Translations under genes and position numbers: made by a program | Assembly (NCBI GenBank): GCA_045604305.1 | Contig: JAZUNV010000064.1 | Location: 893-64,892, forward strand | DNA: 64,000 nt | Direction of reading: 5' to 3' | Origin: Anaerovoracaceae bacterium | GTDB taxonomy: Bacteria; Bacillota; Clostridia; Peptostreptococcales; Anaerovoracaceae | Notes under the pieces: model-generated | What the model saw: the letters and a program-made list of their open reading frames with translations, nothing else | Databases searched by the model: none | What the model was told of the DNA's origin: nothing | Shown: positions 44,778 to 54,201 of the stretch, one piece after another | Numbering within the stretch: the first letter of the stretch is position 1 | How the letters are laid out: every line of letters starts with the position of its first letter

Positions 44778-45050
44778 ATGGAAGAATACTATCTGCTTAC
44801 TTTTGAGTCTACGCACGCCGCTATCTCGACTGAGAAGCTGCTGAAGCCTGCGGACGTCAGGATAATGCCCGTTCCGAGATTCCTCTCGGCCAGCTGTGGC
44901 ATTTCCATACGCATAAGACCGGACAGGCGCGCGGAAGCCGAAGAGATATTCAGAGATGAGAGCAAGCTTGCTCCGGATGAGTTCGCGTATTATCACGTGC
45001 AGATAGAGAAAGCTACAAAAGAAGTGAATTGCGAAAGGATAGAGATGTAA
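44778..45050 (+). CDS. DUF3343 (putative Se/S carrier-like) protein
   Basis: 90 aa. YLLTFESTHAAISTEKLLK...MPVPRFLSASCGISIR is typical of the family that accompanies yedF. Confidence 0.75.
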   Translation: MEEYYLLTFESTHAAISTEKLLKPADVRIMPVPRFLSASCGISIRIRPDRRAEAEEIFRDESKLAPDEFAYYHVQIEKATKEVNCERIEM

Positions 45051-45682
45051 TGCTTATATTTGATCTTGACGGTACACTGTGGGATTCATCGGAAGTGGTC
45101 TCGGAATCATGGAACATGGTCATCGAGGAGGTTGTCGGTCCGGGCAAGGGACTGTCTCCCGCTGCCATAGCAGCCAATATGGGCAAGACCATGGACGAGA
45201 TAGCTGATACTCATTTCAGCTATCTGTCAAAGGAAGAGAGAGACTCGCTCGCCCGTAAGTGCGAGAAGTTCGAGAATGAGTACCTCATGGACCACCACGG
45301 AAAGCTGTATGACGGAGTCAGGGAAGTGCTCGGGGAGCTCGCGGACCGCGGAGCGCAGATGAGCATAGTCAGCAACTGTCAGAAGGACTACGTGAAGACC
45401 TTCATAGAGTCGATGGACATGTCGAAGTACTTTGTCGATTACGAAGAGTGGGGACGTACAGGTCTCCTTAAGGCTGACAACATACGGCTCGTGATGGAGA
45501 GGAACGGAGTCGACAAGGCCATATACATTGGCGACATACAGAAGGATTCGGACGCCGCTCACAAGGCGGGCGTACCGTGCATATATGCGGCTTACGGCTT
45601 CGGCGAGATCAAAGATGCCGTTGCCAAAATCGACAGCTTCCGCGAGCTGCCTGCGGTATTGGAAAGACTGGGATATCTGTAG
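45050..45682 (+). CDS. HAD-superfamily hydrolase (phosphoglycolate phosphatase-like)
   Basis: MLIFDLDGTLWDS (DxDGT motif I) and late motif GDIQKD. The ATG overlaps the preceding stop (ATGTAATG). Confidence 0.85.
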   Translation: MLIFDLDGTLWDSSEVVSESWNMVIEEVVGPGKGLSPAAIAANMGKTMDEIADTHFSYLSKEERDSLARKCEKFENEYLMDHHGKLYDGVREVLGELADRGAQMSIVSNCQKDYVKTFIESMDMSKYFVDYEEWGRTGLLKADNIRLVMERNGVDKAIYIGDIQKDSDAAHKAGVPCIYAAYGFGEIKDAVAKIDSFRELPAVLERLGYL

Positions 45683-45700
45683 ATCAACGTTGGTAAGACC

Positions 45701-45732
45701 GAAAGCCGGCGAACATGTCGTGAGCGAATGAG
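45701..45732. repeat. 32-nt box, copy B
   Basis: GAAAGCCGGCGAACATGTCGTGAGCGAATGAG matches 8456-8487 at 31 of 32 positions. It starts 19 nt after the HAD stop codon. Confidence 0.9.
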
Positions 45733-45970
45733 CGGAGTATCAATGTTCCGATACACTTCACAGGCTGACATAGTATCGGCCTATAGCTCAAAAGAATCTT
45801 ATCGAATGCTTATTAGCGATAATGAGGGAGGGAGCATGTGAGGGGGCTCGCCCGGACCGCGCAGGACTGTGCCCGCGCCATCAAAAGTGCAGCAAGCGGA
45901 GCATGTGTGGCGGCTCTTTGAGGAGGCAGGGCATCTGTCCTCGTGACCAAATTACGAAAGGTATTGCACT

Positions 45971-47305
45971 ATGAAACTCGACAACAAACGGACGGTCCTG
46001 GTAGGACTCGCCTTCCTGTCGATCTGCGCATTCTGGCAGATGTACGACAGCGTGATCCCTCTGATACTGACCAAGACATTCCACCTGCACGAGACCTTCT
46101 CGGGCGCCGTGATGGCGGCCGACAACGTACTGGCGCTCTTCCTGCTGCCGTTCTTCGGCATGCTTTCGGACAGGACGACCGCAAAGACAGGGAAGAGGAC
46201 TCCGTACATAGTGCTAGGCACGGCGGCGGCGGTCATACTCATGAACGCACTGCCGCTGATAGATAATTCATATTTTGCAGAACCTTCGGCTGCCAAGATG
46301 GTCGCCTTTGTGCTGGTGCTGGGACTGCTGCTCATCGCTATGGGCGTGTACAGATCACCGGCGGTGGCCCTGATGCCTGATGTCACGCCAAAGCCGCTCC
46401 GCTCGCGCGGCAACGCCATCATCAACCTGATGGGCGCGATCGGCGGTATCATCTACCTGGCTGTGGCCGCGGTGATGTATCCGAACTCCAAGGTGCTGGG
46501 ACTCGACCATGTCAACTACCAGCCGCTCTTCATAGTGGTCGGAGCCATCATGGCGGTATCCGTGCTGGTGATGAGGCTGACGATCAACGAGCCGAAGCTG
46601 GCTGAGGAGAACCGCAGACTCGAGGCGGAGCACTCTGAGTGGAACCTCGCCGAGGATGACGGATCCGGCAATGAGGTCCTGCCGCCTGATGTAAGGAAGA
46701 GCCTGTATTTCCTGCTCGCATCGATCGCCCTGTGGTTCATAGGCTACAGCGGCATCACGACGTGGTTCACCACGTACGTGGACAAGGTGATGGGCCAGGG
46801 TCTCGGAGGGGCATCGACCTGCCTCCTGATCGCGACCGGCGGAGCCATCATCTCATACATACCTATCGGAAGCCTCGCTCATAAGGTGGGCCGCAGGAAG
46901 ACCATAATGATCGGCATACTGCTGCTGGCTGCATGCTTTGCGGCCGGATTCTTCCTGACCACGACCTTCAGCGAGATCAATGCGATCATGTTCATCGTAT
47001 TCGCCCTGGTAGGATTCGCATGGGCGGCGATCAACGTCAACTCGCTGCCTATGGTCGTCGAGATGTGCAGGGGCTCCGACATCGGCAAGTTCACCGGCTA
47101 TTACTACACCGCGTCGATGGCGGCCCAGGTGGTGACGCCTATACTCGCGGGTTTCCTGATGAGAAATATAAGCTACAAGGTGCTCTTCCCGTACGCTGCG
47201 ATATTCGTGCTGCTGAGCTTCGTGACGATGCTCATGGTGAAGCACGGAGACGCTGCGCCTGAGGTCAAACACGGGCTTGAAGCATTTGAGGATATGGAAG
47301 ACTGA
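45971..47305 (+). CDS. MFS transporter
   Basis: 444 aa with about 12 TM helices, a central charged loop and a GMLSDRT motif. Confidence 0.85.
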   Translation: MKLDNKRTVLVGLAFLSICAFWQMYDSVIPLILTKTFHLHETFSGAVMAADNVLALFLLPFFGMLSDRTTAKTGKRTPYIVLGTAAAVILMNALPLIDNSYFAEPSAAKMVAFVLVLGLLLIAMGVYRSPAVALMPDVTPKPLRSRGNAIINLMGAIGGIIYLAVAAVMYPNSKVLGLDHVNYQPLFIVVGAIMAVSVLVMRLTINEPKLAEENRRLEAEHSEWNLAEDDGSGNEVLPPDVRKSLYFLLASIALWFIGYSGITTWFTTYVDKVMGQGLGGASTCLLIATGGAIISYIPIGSLAHKVGRRKTIMIGILLLAACFAAGFFLTTTFSEINAIMFIVFALVGFAWAAINVNSLPMVVEMCRGSDIGKFTGYYYTASMAAQVVTPILAGFLMRNISYKVLFPYAAIFVLLSFVTMLMVKHGDAAPEVKHGLEAFEDMED

Positions 47306-48105
47306 TGGATAAGAAGACAAGAGAGAGACTCGGCCTGGCCGACAGATACGCGCACAGAGGCTATCACGACAAACCTCAGATACCTGAGAACTCGATGGCG
47401 GCTTTCAGGCGCTCTGTAGAATTCGGCCTGCCGACGGAGATAGACGTACACCTGATAGCCGACGGCTCGCTGGTAGTGTTCCACGACGAGGAACTCGAGC
47501 GCGAGACCGGTGTGAAGGGTATCATAGAGGACTACGACATCAGCAATCTGAGGAAGCTCAGGCTCGAGGAGACGGACGAGATGATCCCGACCTTCGACGA
47601 AGTGCTGGACCTCTTTGAGGACACGGGACTTCCGCTTCTCATAGAGCTCAAGGTGAACCGCGGCAATTATAAGGCGCTCAGCAGGGCGGTAGCGGAGAGG
47701 CTCGACTCCTACAAGGGACCCTTCGCCGTACAGAGCTTCGACCCGAGGGTGCTGATGGAGTTCCGCAGGATCAGACCGCAGTTCGTAAGAGGCCAGCTGG
47801 CCAAGAACTTCTACAGGAGTCCGGAGGGGCTCCCGTTCTATCAGGTGGCGGCTCTGACTAATCTGATGTTCAACATGCTGGTGAAGCCGGATTTCATATC
47901 ATATAAGTTCCTCGACAGGGACAACAGAGCATTGAGGAGGTCCATAGACCGGAAGGGCATGACTGAAGCGTCGTGGACGATCAGGTCAGCGAAGGCCTAC
48001 AGAGCGGCTGAGAAGGCGGGGTGCATCCCTATCTTCGAGAGAATAGAGCCGGATGAACTGGAGAAGCTGATAAAGGGTGATGATAAGGAGAAGAGACATG
48101 ACTGA
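47305..48105 (+). CDS. Glycerophosphodiester phosphodiesterase family protein
   Basis: AHRGYHDKPQIPENSMAAF and EIDVHL motifs. Confidence 0.88.
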   Translation: MDKKTRERLGLADRYAHRGYHDKPQIPENSMAAFRRSVEFGLPTEIDVHLIADGSLVVFHDEELERETGVKGIIEDYDISNLRKLRLEETDEMIPTFDEVLDLFEDTGLPLLIELKVNRGNYKALSRAVAERLDSYKGPFAVQSFDPRVLMEFRRIRPQFVRGQLAKNFYRSPEGLPFYQVAALTNLMFNMLVKPDFISYKFLDRDNRALRRSIDRKGMTEASWTIRSAKAYRAAEKAGCIPIFERIEPDELEKLIKGDDKEKRHD

Positions 48106-48283
48106 CAGGAAGATGAAGAAGATGATAAAGAGAGACAGGCGGCGCAGAAGAGCTCAGGGGATAGGCGCTCTTGCCGGCACGCTGACTTCGTTTGCCATAA
48201 TCGGACTGCTTTACGGCGGCGAGATGAAGGAGGATGCGAAGAAAGCGAAGAAAGAGATAAAAGCGAAGCTGGGCCTCGAATAG
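48098..48283 (+). CDS. Small single-pass membrane protein (61 aa)
   Basis: ATG 48098 follows AAGGAG and overlaps the GDPD stop. The protein has a basic N-terminus, one TM (IGALAGTLTSFAIIGLLYGG) and a Lys-rich tail. Confidence 0.5.
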   Translation: MTDRKMKKMIKRDRRRRRAQGIGALAGTLTSFAIIGLLYGGEMKEDAKKAKKEIKAKLGLE

Positions 48284-48295
48284 AAAGGTTAGAAT

Positions 48296-49153
48296 ATGAG
48301 AAACAAGAGAAGAGATGGAGTAAGAGTAAGGGGACTGGACGGATTCCACAACATCCTCCCTTATGTGATGCCAAAGAGGACCGAGGCTGAGGTCTCGATG
48401 ACAGAGCAGTTCGACGTCACGGACCTGGTGAAGTACATGGCGGAGAGGAATGAAGAGGAAGGGACCAACATCAAGATCTTCCATGCGATATGCACCGCTG
48501 TCGCCAGGACTATCTATCACAGACCCAAGCTCAACTGGTTCATCTCCGGAAGGACGTTCTATGAGAGAAAGGACATAACGCTCTCGTTCGTGGTCAAGCA
48601 GAAGTTCGAGGATGCTGCGGATGAGACTCTGATGTTCCTCAAGGTCGATCCGGACATGGATCTCGACAGGATATCAAAGCTCATACTCGGTGACGTCGCC
48701 AGGGTCAGGGAGGAGAAGAGCAATGACCTCGACAAGCTGATGAACTTCGTCGGAAGCCTTCCGAGACCTGTGCTCGAAGTGTTCTTCGGTTCACTGAGGG
48801 TGCTCGAATATCACGGGATCATGCCAAAGGGCCTCACGGCAGGCGATCCGAACTACTCGACATGCCTGCTGGCCAATCTCGGTTCGATAGGCGCAGATTC
48901 CTGCTACCATCATCTCAACAATTACGGCACCTGCTCGTTCATGGTGACCATCGGCACGCTCCACAAGGAGCAGAAGCTCATGTATGACGGTACGTGGCAG
49001 GAGAGAGACGTGATCGACTGCACCTTCACTCTCGACGAGAGACTGTCCGACGGCTTCTACAACGCAAAGTCGCTGAGGATAGCCAGGTACCTGCTCGAGC
49101 ATCCGCTCGCGCTTGAGGAAGAGATAAGAAAACCCGTGCCGGTGGAGCTGTAA
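48296..49153 (+). CDS. Stand-alone 2-oxoacid dehydrogenase acyltransferase (E2 catalytic / CAT-like) domain protein
   Basis: 285 aa. The C-terminal DERLSDG corresponds to the DHRxxDG catalytic motif of the family. Confidence 0.7.
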   Translation: MRNKRRDGVRVRGLDGFHNILPYVMPKRTEAEVSMTEQFDVTDLVKYMAERNEEEGTNIKIFHAICTAVARTIYHRPKLNWFISGRTFYERKDITLSFVVKQKFEDAADETLMFLKVDPDMDLDRISKLILGDVARVREEKSNDLDKLMNFVGSLPRPVLEVFFGSLRVLEYHGIMPKGLTAGDPNYSTCLLANLGSIGADSCYHHLNNYGTCSFMVTIGTLHKEQKLMYDGTWQERDVIDCTFTLDERLSDGFYNAKSLRIARYLLEHPLALEEEIRKPVPVEL

Positions 49154-49194
49154 GGCGCAGGAAAAGGCCGGAGTCTGATCCGGAGGGAGCTGTG

Positions 49195-49731
49195 ATGAAG
49201 AACATACTTGCAGTCTCACACTGCATACTCAACAACGCGTCGAAGGTCGCTCAGGATGAGTCCGGGCTCGCGGAAGAATACAAGCAAAGGGACAGGCTCA
49301 TCTCCGCCGTGATGGATAAGGGCGTGCAGCTGATACAGCTCCCATGCCCCGAGTTCATGGTGTACGGAGCGAAGAGATGGGGCCATGTCAAAGACCAGTT
49401 CGACAATCCTTTCTACAGGAGTGAATGCCGCAGGCTGCTCGAGCCTGTGCTGATGCAGCTCAGGGAGTACTCGAACTGCCCGGAACGCTTCAGGATCCTT
49501 GGAGTGGTCTCCGTAGAGGGAAGTCCTTCCTGCGGTGCGAAGCTGACCTGCAGAGGCGACTGGGGCGGAGAGCTGTGCGATGGAAATGCTGCAGAGCTGA
49601 TCTCCTCCGTCAGAACGGAGGAGGCGCCGGGAGTGTTCATCGAGGAGCTGTCGGCCATGATGGACTCGTGCGGCCTGGACATAGCTCTGATGAGCATATC
49701 TGAGGCTGCAGACATGATCGAAAAGCTATAG
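49195..49731 (+). CDS. Cys-rich hypothetical protein, possibly DUF523/TudS-like Fe-S protein
   Basis: AVSHCILN, LPCPEF and EGSPSCG resemble the three Cys motifs of DUF523 proteins. The assignment is tentative. Confidence 0.45.
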   Translation: MKNILAVSHCILNNASKVAQDESGLAEEYKQRDRLISAVMDKGVQLIQLPCPEFMVYGAKRWGHVKDQFDNPFYRSECRRLLEPVLMQLREYSNCPERFRILGVVSVEGSPSCGAKLTCRGDWGGELCDGNAAELISSVRTEEAPGVFIEELSAMMDSCGLDIALMSISEAADMIEKL

Positions 49732-49768
49732 CGAAAGGACTATTCAACATAACTAAGGAGAGATCTAA

Positions 49769-50344
49769 ATGAGAAAGACCAGCACATATGCACTGGCGTT
49801 CTGTGGTATCTGTATCGCAATGAACATAGTACTCGGGGTCATCACATCCGCGCTCGGCATCCCGCTGTATCTCGATACGCTCGGGACCATGCTGTCTGCG
49901 GCGGTGCTCGGCCCGGTGCCGGGCATGATCGTGGGCTCGATGTCCAACATCATAACCGGACTTATCTACAGCGTTTCCGACATCCCGTTCTTTATCGTCA
50001 ACCTGGCAGTCGGACTTATCACGGGCATCGTGGTGAAGAAGTGGAAGCTCAGCATCGTTACGGCCCTCATACTGGGCCTGGTTCTCGCGGTCGTATGCCC
50101 TGCCATCGGAACGCCTATCGGGCTTTACGTATACGGAGGCTTCAACGGATCATTCTCCGATGTGCTCGTAATGGCTCTCGTCGAAGGCGGCAGGACCATC
50201 TTCCAGGCTTCCTTCCTGAGGAACATAGCATCCAACCTGATCGACAAGATCGGAACTGCGCTCATCGCATGGCTGATGCTCAAGGCGATCTCGCCGAGGT
50301 TCTTCGACAACTTCGGCAAGGAAAAGGATGCCATCGTCAAATAG
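49769..50344 (+). CDS. ECF transporter S (substrate-capture) component
   Basis: 191-aa six-helix membrane protein directly upstream of ecfA-ecfA-ecfT. Confidence 0.8.
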   Translation: MRKTSTYALAFCGICIAMNIVLGVITSALGIPLYLDTLGTMLSAAVLGPVPGMIVGSMSNIITGLIYSVSDIPFFIVNLAVGLITGIVVKKWKLSIVTALILGLVLAVVCPAIGTPIGLYVYGGFNGSFSDVLVMALVEGGRTIFQASFLRNIASNLIDKIGTALIAWLMLKAISPRFFDNFGKEKDAIVK

Positions 50345-50366
50345 TCGGGATGTTTACTGCATAAGC

Positions 50367-52127
50367 ATGATACTGACAGACAGGATAAAATACCAATACG
50401 ACGTATGGAAGGGGGACATCAAGGCTAAGAAGACGGCGCTCGACGGCGTCAGCATTGAAGTGAAGTCGGGCGAATTCCTTGTCATACTGGGAGGCAATGG
50501 TTCGGGCAAGACTACGCTCGCCAGGCATCTTAACGTGCTGCTCCTTCCGGACGAAGGCACAGTCCGGGTGGAGGGCATGGATACACGCGACGAGACGCAT
50601 CTGTGGGATATAAGGTCTGCTGTCGGCATGGTGTTCCAGAACCCGGACAACCAGATCATAGGGACCAGCGTTGAGGAGGATGTCGCGTTCGGACCCGAGA
50701 ACAGGAACCTGGAGTCTTCAGTTATACAGGATATAGTGACCAACAGCCTCAGCGCTGTTGATTTACTTTCGAGGAGGAAGTCCTCGCCTCACCGGCTTTC
50801 CGGAGGCCAGAAGCAGAGGGTCGCGGTGGCGGGAGTGCTCGCAGATGACCCCCGCTGCATGGTCTTTGACGAGGCCACATCCATGCTCGATCCGATATCG
50901 CGCCGGGAATTCATGGAAGTCGTCCGGAAGCTGCATGCTGAGGGCAGGACCGTAGTGCTGATCACTCACCACAGCGATGAGGCCCTCTCTGCCGACAGGA
51001 TCGCAGTGATGGACAAGGGGCGCGTCGCCGCTGAAGGAACTCCTGAGGAGATCTTTGCAGACGGAGAGCTTCTCAGCAGCGCAGGTCTGAACATCCCTCC
51101 TCTGACGGAGCTCGGATATGCTCTCAGGAAGAGGGGCGTGATCGAAAGCTCTCCGGTGCTCGACAGATCCGCTCTGATCGCAGAGCTGATAGCAAAGAGC
51201 GGGACCTCTGAGCCGCTGCCACACAAGCCGGAGCGCAGGGCGGATGCGCGTCCGGCGGGAGAGATCGTGCTCTCCGTGAGGGATGTGGAATACACCTATG
51301 AGAAGGGAACTGCCAACGAGTACAATGCCCTGAAGGGCGTGTCGTTTGAGCTGCGCGAGGGCGAGTGCGTCGGACTGGTCGGATCATCCGGCGCCGGCAA
51401 GAGCACTCTCATGAAGCATCTGAACGGACTTCTCAAGGCTGATAAAGGAGACGTGCTGTACAGAGGAGAGAGCATTTACAGAAAGGGCTACAAGCTGAGC
51501 GAGCTGAGAAAGTCCGTGGGTCTGGTATTCCAGAACTCGGAGAACCAGCTCTTCTGCAAGACGGTGCTCGATGACGTGAAGTTCGGGCCTCTCAGGATCG
51601 GTATGAGCGAGGCTGAGGCGACTAAGGCTGCTAAGGAGAGCCTTGCTCTCATGGACATAGATGAGGAATGCTTCGATGTGAGCCCGCAGGACCTCTCCGG
51701 CGGACAGAAGAGGAGAGTAGCCATCGCAGGGATAATCGCGATGGAGCCTGCTGTGCTCGTGCTTGACGAGCCGGCGGCGGGACTCGATTTCGGCACTAAG
51801 GAGAAGATGTTCTCCGTCATCGATGATGTGCGCCGCGAAAGAGGAGTGTCGGTCGTCCTCGTATCGCACGAGATGGAGGACATCGCGAAGCACTCGGATC
51901 GTGTGATGGTGCTCTCGGAAGGCAGGATGGAAATGACCGGGACGCCAAAGGAGGTCTTCTCTCAGGTGGAGAGGGTCAGGAGGCTCGGTGCGGATGTGCC
52001 GGAGATAACCGGTATCATGTATGAACTCAGGAACGGAGGAGTGGCTCTTGACGGACTCGAAACGGATACAGAGGCGGCTGCCGATGCGATAGCCGCTGCC
52101 TGCGGAAGGGAGGTGAGCGTCCGGTGA
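50367..52127 (+). CDS. ecfA: Fused ECF transporter ATPases (EcfA1-EcfA2)
   Basis: Two ABC cassettes: Walker A GGNGSGKTT and GSSGAGKST, signatures LSGGQKQR and LSGGQKRR. The start is at ATG 50367. Confidence 0.9.
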   Translation: MILTDRIKYQYDVWKGDIKAKKTALDGVSIEVKSGEFLVILGGNGSGKTTLARHLNVLLLPDEGTVRVEGMDTRDETHLWDIRSAVGMVFQNPDNQIIGTSVEEDVAFGPENRNLESSVIQDIVTNSLSAVDLLSRRKSSPHRLSGGQKQRVAVAGVLADDPRCMVFDEATSMLDPISRREFMEVVRKLHAEGRTVVLITHHSDEALSADRIAVMDKGRVAAEGTPEEIFADGELLSSAGLNIPPLTELGYALRKRGVIESSPVLDRSALIAELIAKSGTSEPLPHKPERRADARPAGEIVLSVRDVEYTYEKGTANEYNALKGVSFELREGECVGLVGSSGAGKSTLMKHLNGLLKADKGDVLYRGESIYRKGYKLSELRKSVGLVFQNSENQLFCKTVLDDVKFGPLRIGMSEAEATKAAKESLALMDIDEECFDVSPQDLSGGQKRRVAIAGIIAMEPAVLVLDEPAAGLDFGTKEKMFSVIDDVRRERGVSVVLVSHEMEDIAKHSDRVMVLSEGRMEMTGTPKEVFSQVERVRRLGADVPEITGIMYELRNGGVALDGLETDTEAAADAIAAACGREVSVR

Positions 52128-52927
52128 GAAATATCACGATAGGACAGTACTATCCTGTGGATTCCGTGATCCACCGGCTTGATCCGAGGACCAAACTGAT
52201 GGGCGCGCTGCTTTATATCGTGGCGCTCTTCCTGGTCAGGGATCCGCGCTGGTACCTGCTCTTCCTCGCTGTCACGCTGACAGAGTACCGCATGGCAAAG
52301 GTGCCTTTCGGATACTTCCTGAAGGGACTCAGGGGCATAATCATACTGCTGCTGTTCACCTTCTTCTTCCGTGCGGTGGCTACGGAGGGAGAGGTCATAG
52401 TGAGCTTCTGGAGATTTGAGCTGACAAGGGAGGGCCTTGTCCTGGCAGCGCGGCTCACGTCCAGGATCGCACTGATGGTGACTGAGGCATCACTGCTGGG
52501 CTATACGACTACGCCCAAGGAGCTCGCTGAAGGCATGGCAAAGGCGCTGAGCCCGCTCAGCAGGATCGGTCTGAAGGTCGAGGAGCTTTCGATCATGATC
52601 ATGATAGCCTTCCGCTTCATACCGGTGATGCTCGAGGAAGCCAACAATCTCATGGATGCGCAGGCGTCAAGAGGGGTGGAATTCGAGAACTGCTCGGTAT
52701 TCACCAAGACTAAGAACGTGTTCTCACTGCTGATGCCGCTCTTCGTCAATTCGATCGAGAGGTCTGCCGACCTCGCCATGGCGATGGAGGCCAGAGGATA
52801 TTCGGGAGAGGGAGAGAGATCGAGGATGTATCCGCTGGTGTATGGTAAATACGATGCGGCGGGTTATATATCCAGCATCGTGCTGCTCGCGCTCGCCGTT
52901 GCAGCCAGGATAGCCGGGATACTTTAG
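52124..52927 (+). CDS. ecfT: ECF transporter transmembrane component
   Basis: 267 aa with the C-terminal ARG motifs (AMEARGY) typical of EcfT. The GTG start overlaps the ecfA stop. Confidence 0.9.
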   Translation: MRNITIGQYYPVDSVIHRLDPRTKLMGALLYIVALFLVRDPRWYLLFLAVTLTEYRMAKVPFGYFLKGLRGIIILLLFTFFFRAVATEGEVIVSFWRFELTREGLVLAARLTSRIALMVTEASLLGYTTTPKELAEGMAKALSPLSRIGLKVEELSIMIMIAFRFIPVMLEEANNLMDAQASRGVEFENCSVFTKTKNVFSLLMPLFVNSIERSADLAMAMEARGYSGEGERSRMYPLVYGKYDAAGYISSIVLLALAVAARIAGIL

Positions 52928-52962
52928 GAAAAAGAGCTTTCTGAATGCCGGAGAGATCGGTA

Positions 52963-54201
52963 ATGACACAGATGAAATTAGACAGGAAATTCTGGATAGC
53001 GATGCTCGTGTTCGGTCTGATGGGGCAGATCGCATGGGTGGTCGAGAACATGTACTTCAACGTGTTCATATATAAGATGTTCCATGCGTCGGCTGCTGAC
53101 ATCTCAGCCATGGTGATGGCGAGCGCGGTGACAGCGGCTGTCACTACCATAGTGATGGGTGCCGTATCCGACAGGGTCGGCAGACGGAAGGCCTTCATGA
53201 GCGTCGGCTATATCATATGGGGCATCAGCATCATAAGCTTTGCGTACATAAAGAGCATAATGCTCACGATAGTCATGGACTGCGTTATGACCTACTTCGG
53301 GTCCACTGCAAACGACGCAGCATATAACGCATGGCTGACCGACAGGGGCGATTCCACTAACCGCGGCAGGATAGAAGGCGTCAATTCGATGATGCCTCTC
53401 ATCGCCATACTGGTGGTCTTCGGCGGCTTCATGAGCTTCAACCTCGACACTCACGAGGCGTGGACGACGATATACTACATCATCGGTATAACCACGACCC
53501 TGATAGGTGTGGCCGGATGGTTCCTGATAGAGGAGTCACCGGAGCTGAAACCGGTGGAGGAGAGCCTCGGAGCTATACTTGCGTACAGCTTCAGGCCGTC
53601 GGTCGCAAGGGAAAACAAAACGCTGTATCTGGCGCTTCTCAACTTCGCGGTATTCGGTACATCGATACAGGTATTCATGCCGTACCTCCTGATATACTAT
53701 GAGAAGACCCTCGGCATGGACAATTACGTTCTCATATTCGCCCCTGCGATACTGCTGGCTGCAGTCATAACAGTCTTCTACGGCAGACTGTATGACAATT
53801 ATGGCTTTATGAGGAGCATAATGCCGGTATGTGCTATGCTCGCAGGCGGCTATGCATTGCTTTACTTTACGCGCACGACGATGCCCGTATTTGCCGGCTC
53901 GCTTCTGATGATGGCGGGCTATCTGACGGGGATGTCGGTATTCGGCGCCATGATAAGAGACAATATACCGGAGGGCAGGGCCGGCCAGTTCCAGGGAGTA
54001 AGGATAATCGGCCAGGTGTTCATACCGGGCCTTATCGGTCCGGCGATAGGAGCATGGGTCCTGCGTGACGCGGAGATGATAACAAACGGCGACGGTACGG
54101 AGTCCTTCCTGCCTGACGCCGGCATCTGGGCGGCTGCGGCGGCAGTACTGGCGGTGCTGGTCGTAACGCTGCTGCTGACTATGAGGAAAAGGGGAGAATA
54201 A
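52963..54201 (+). CDS. MFS transporter
   Basis: About 12 TM helices and a VSDRVGRRK motif. The start is probably ATG 52963, after GGAGAG (the listed start is 52945). Confidence 0.85.
   Translation: MTQMKLDRKFWIAMLVFGLMGQIAWVVENMYFNVFIYKMFHASAADISAMVMASAVTAAVTTIVMGAVSDRVGRRKAFMSVGYIIWGISIISFAYIKSIMLTIVMDCVMTYFGSTANDAAYNAWLTDRGDSTNRGRIEGVNSMMPLIAILVVFGGFMSFNLDTHEAWTTIYYIIGITTTLIGVAGWFLIEESPELKPVEESLGAILAYSFRPSVARENKTLYLALLNFAVFGTSIQVFMPYLLIYYEKTLGMDNYVLIFAPAILLAAVITVFYGRLYDNYGFMRSIMPVCAMLAGGYALLYFTRTTMPVFAGSLLMMAGYLTGMSVFGAMIRDNIPEGRAGQFQGVRIIGQVFIPGLIGPAIGAWVLRDAEMITNGDGTESFLPDAGIWAAAAAVLAVLVVTLLLTMRKRGE

Noticed and set aside
45774-45850. tRNA-like start GGCCTATAGCTCA (acceptor plus D-arm-like), with a downstream GCTTATTAGCG...TGAGG that faintly resembles a tRNA-Ile anticodon arm. 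This might mark an integration site.
   Set aside because: There is no T-arm (GTTCRANYC), no 3' acceptor complement to GGCCTAT within 60-90 nt, and no cloverleaf can be drawn. At best it is a decayed fragment, so it is not reported as a tRNA.
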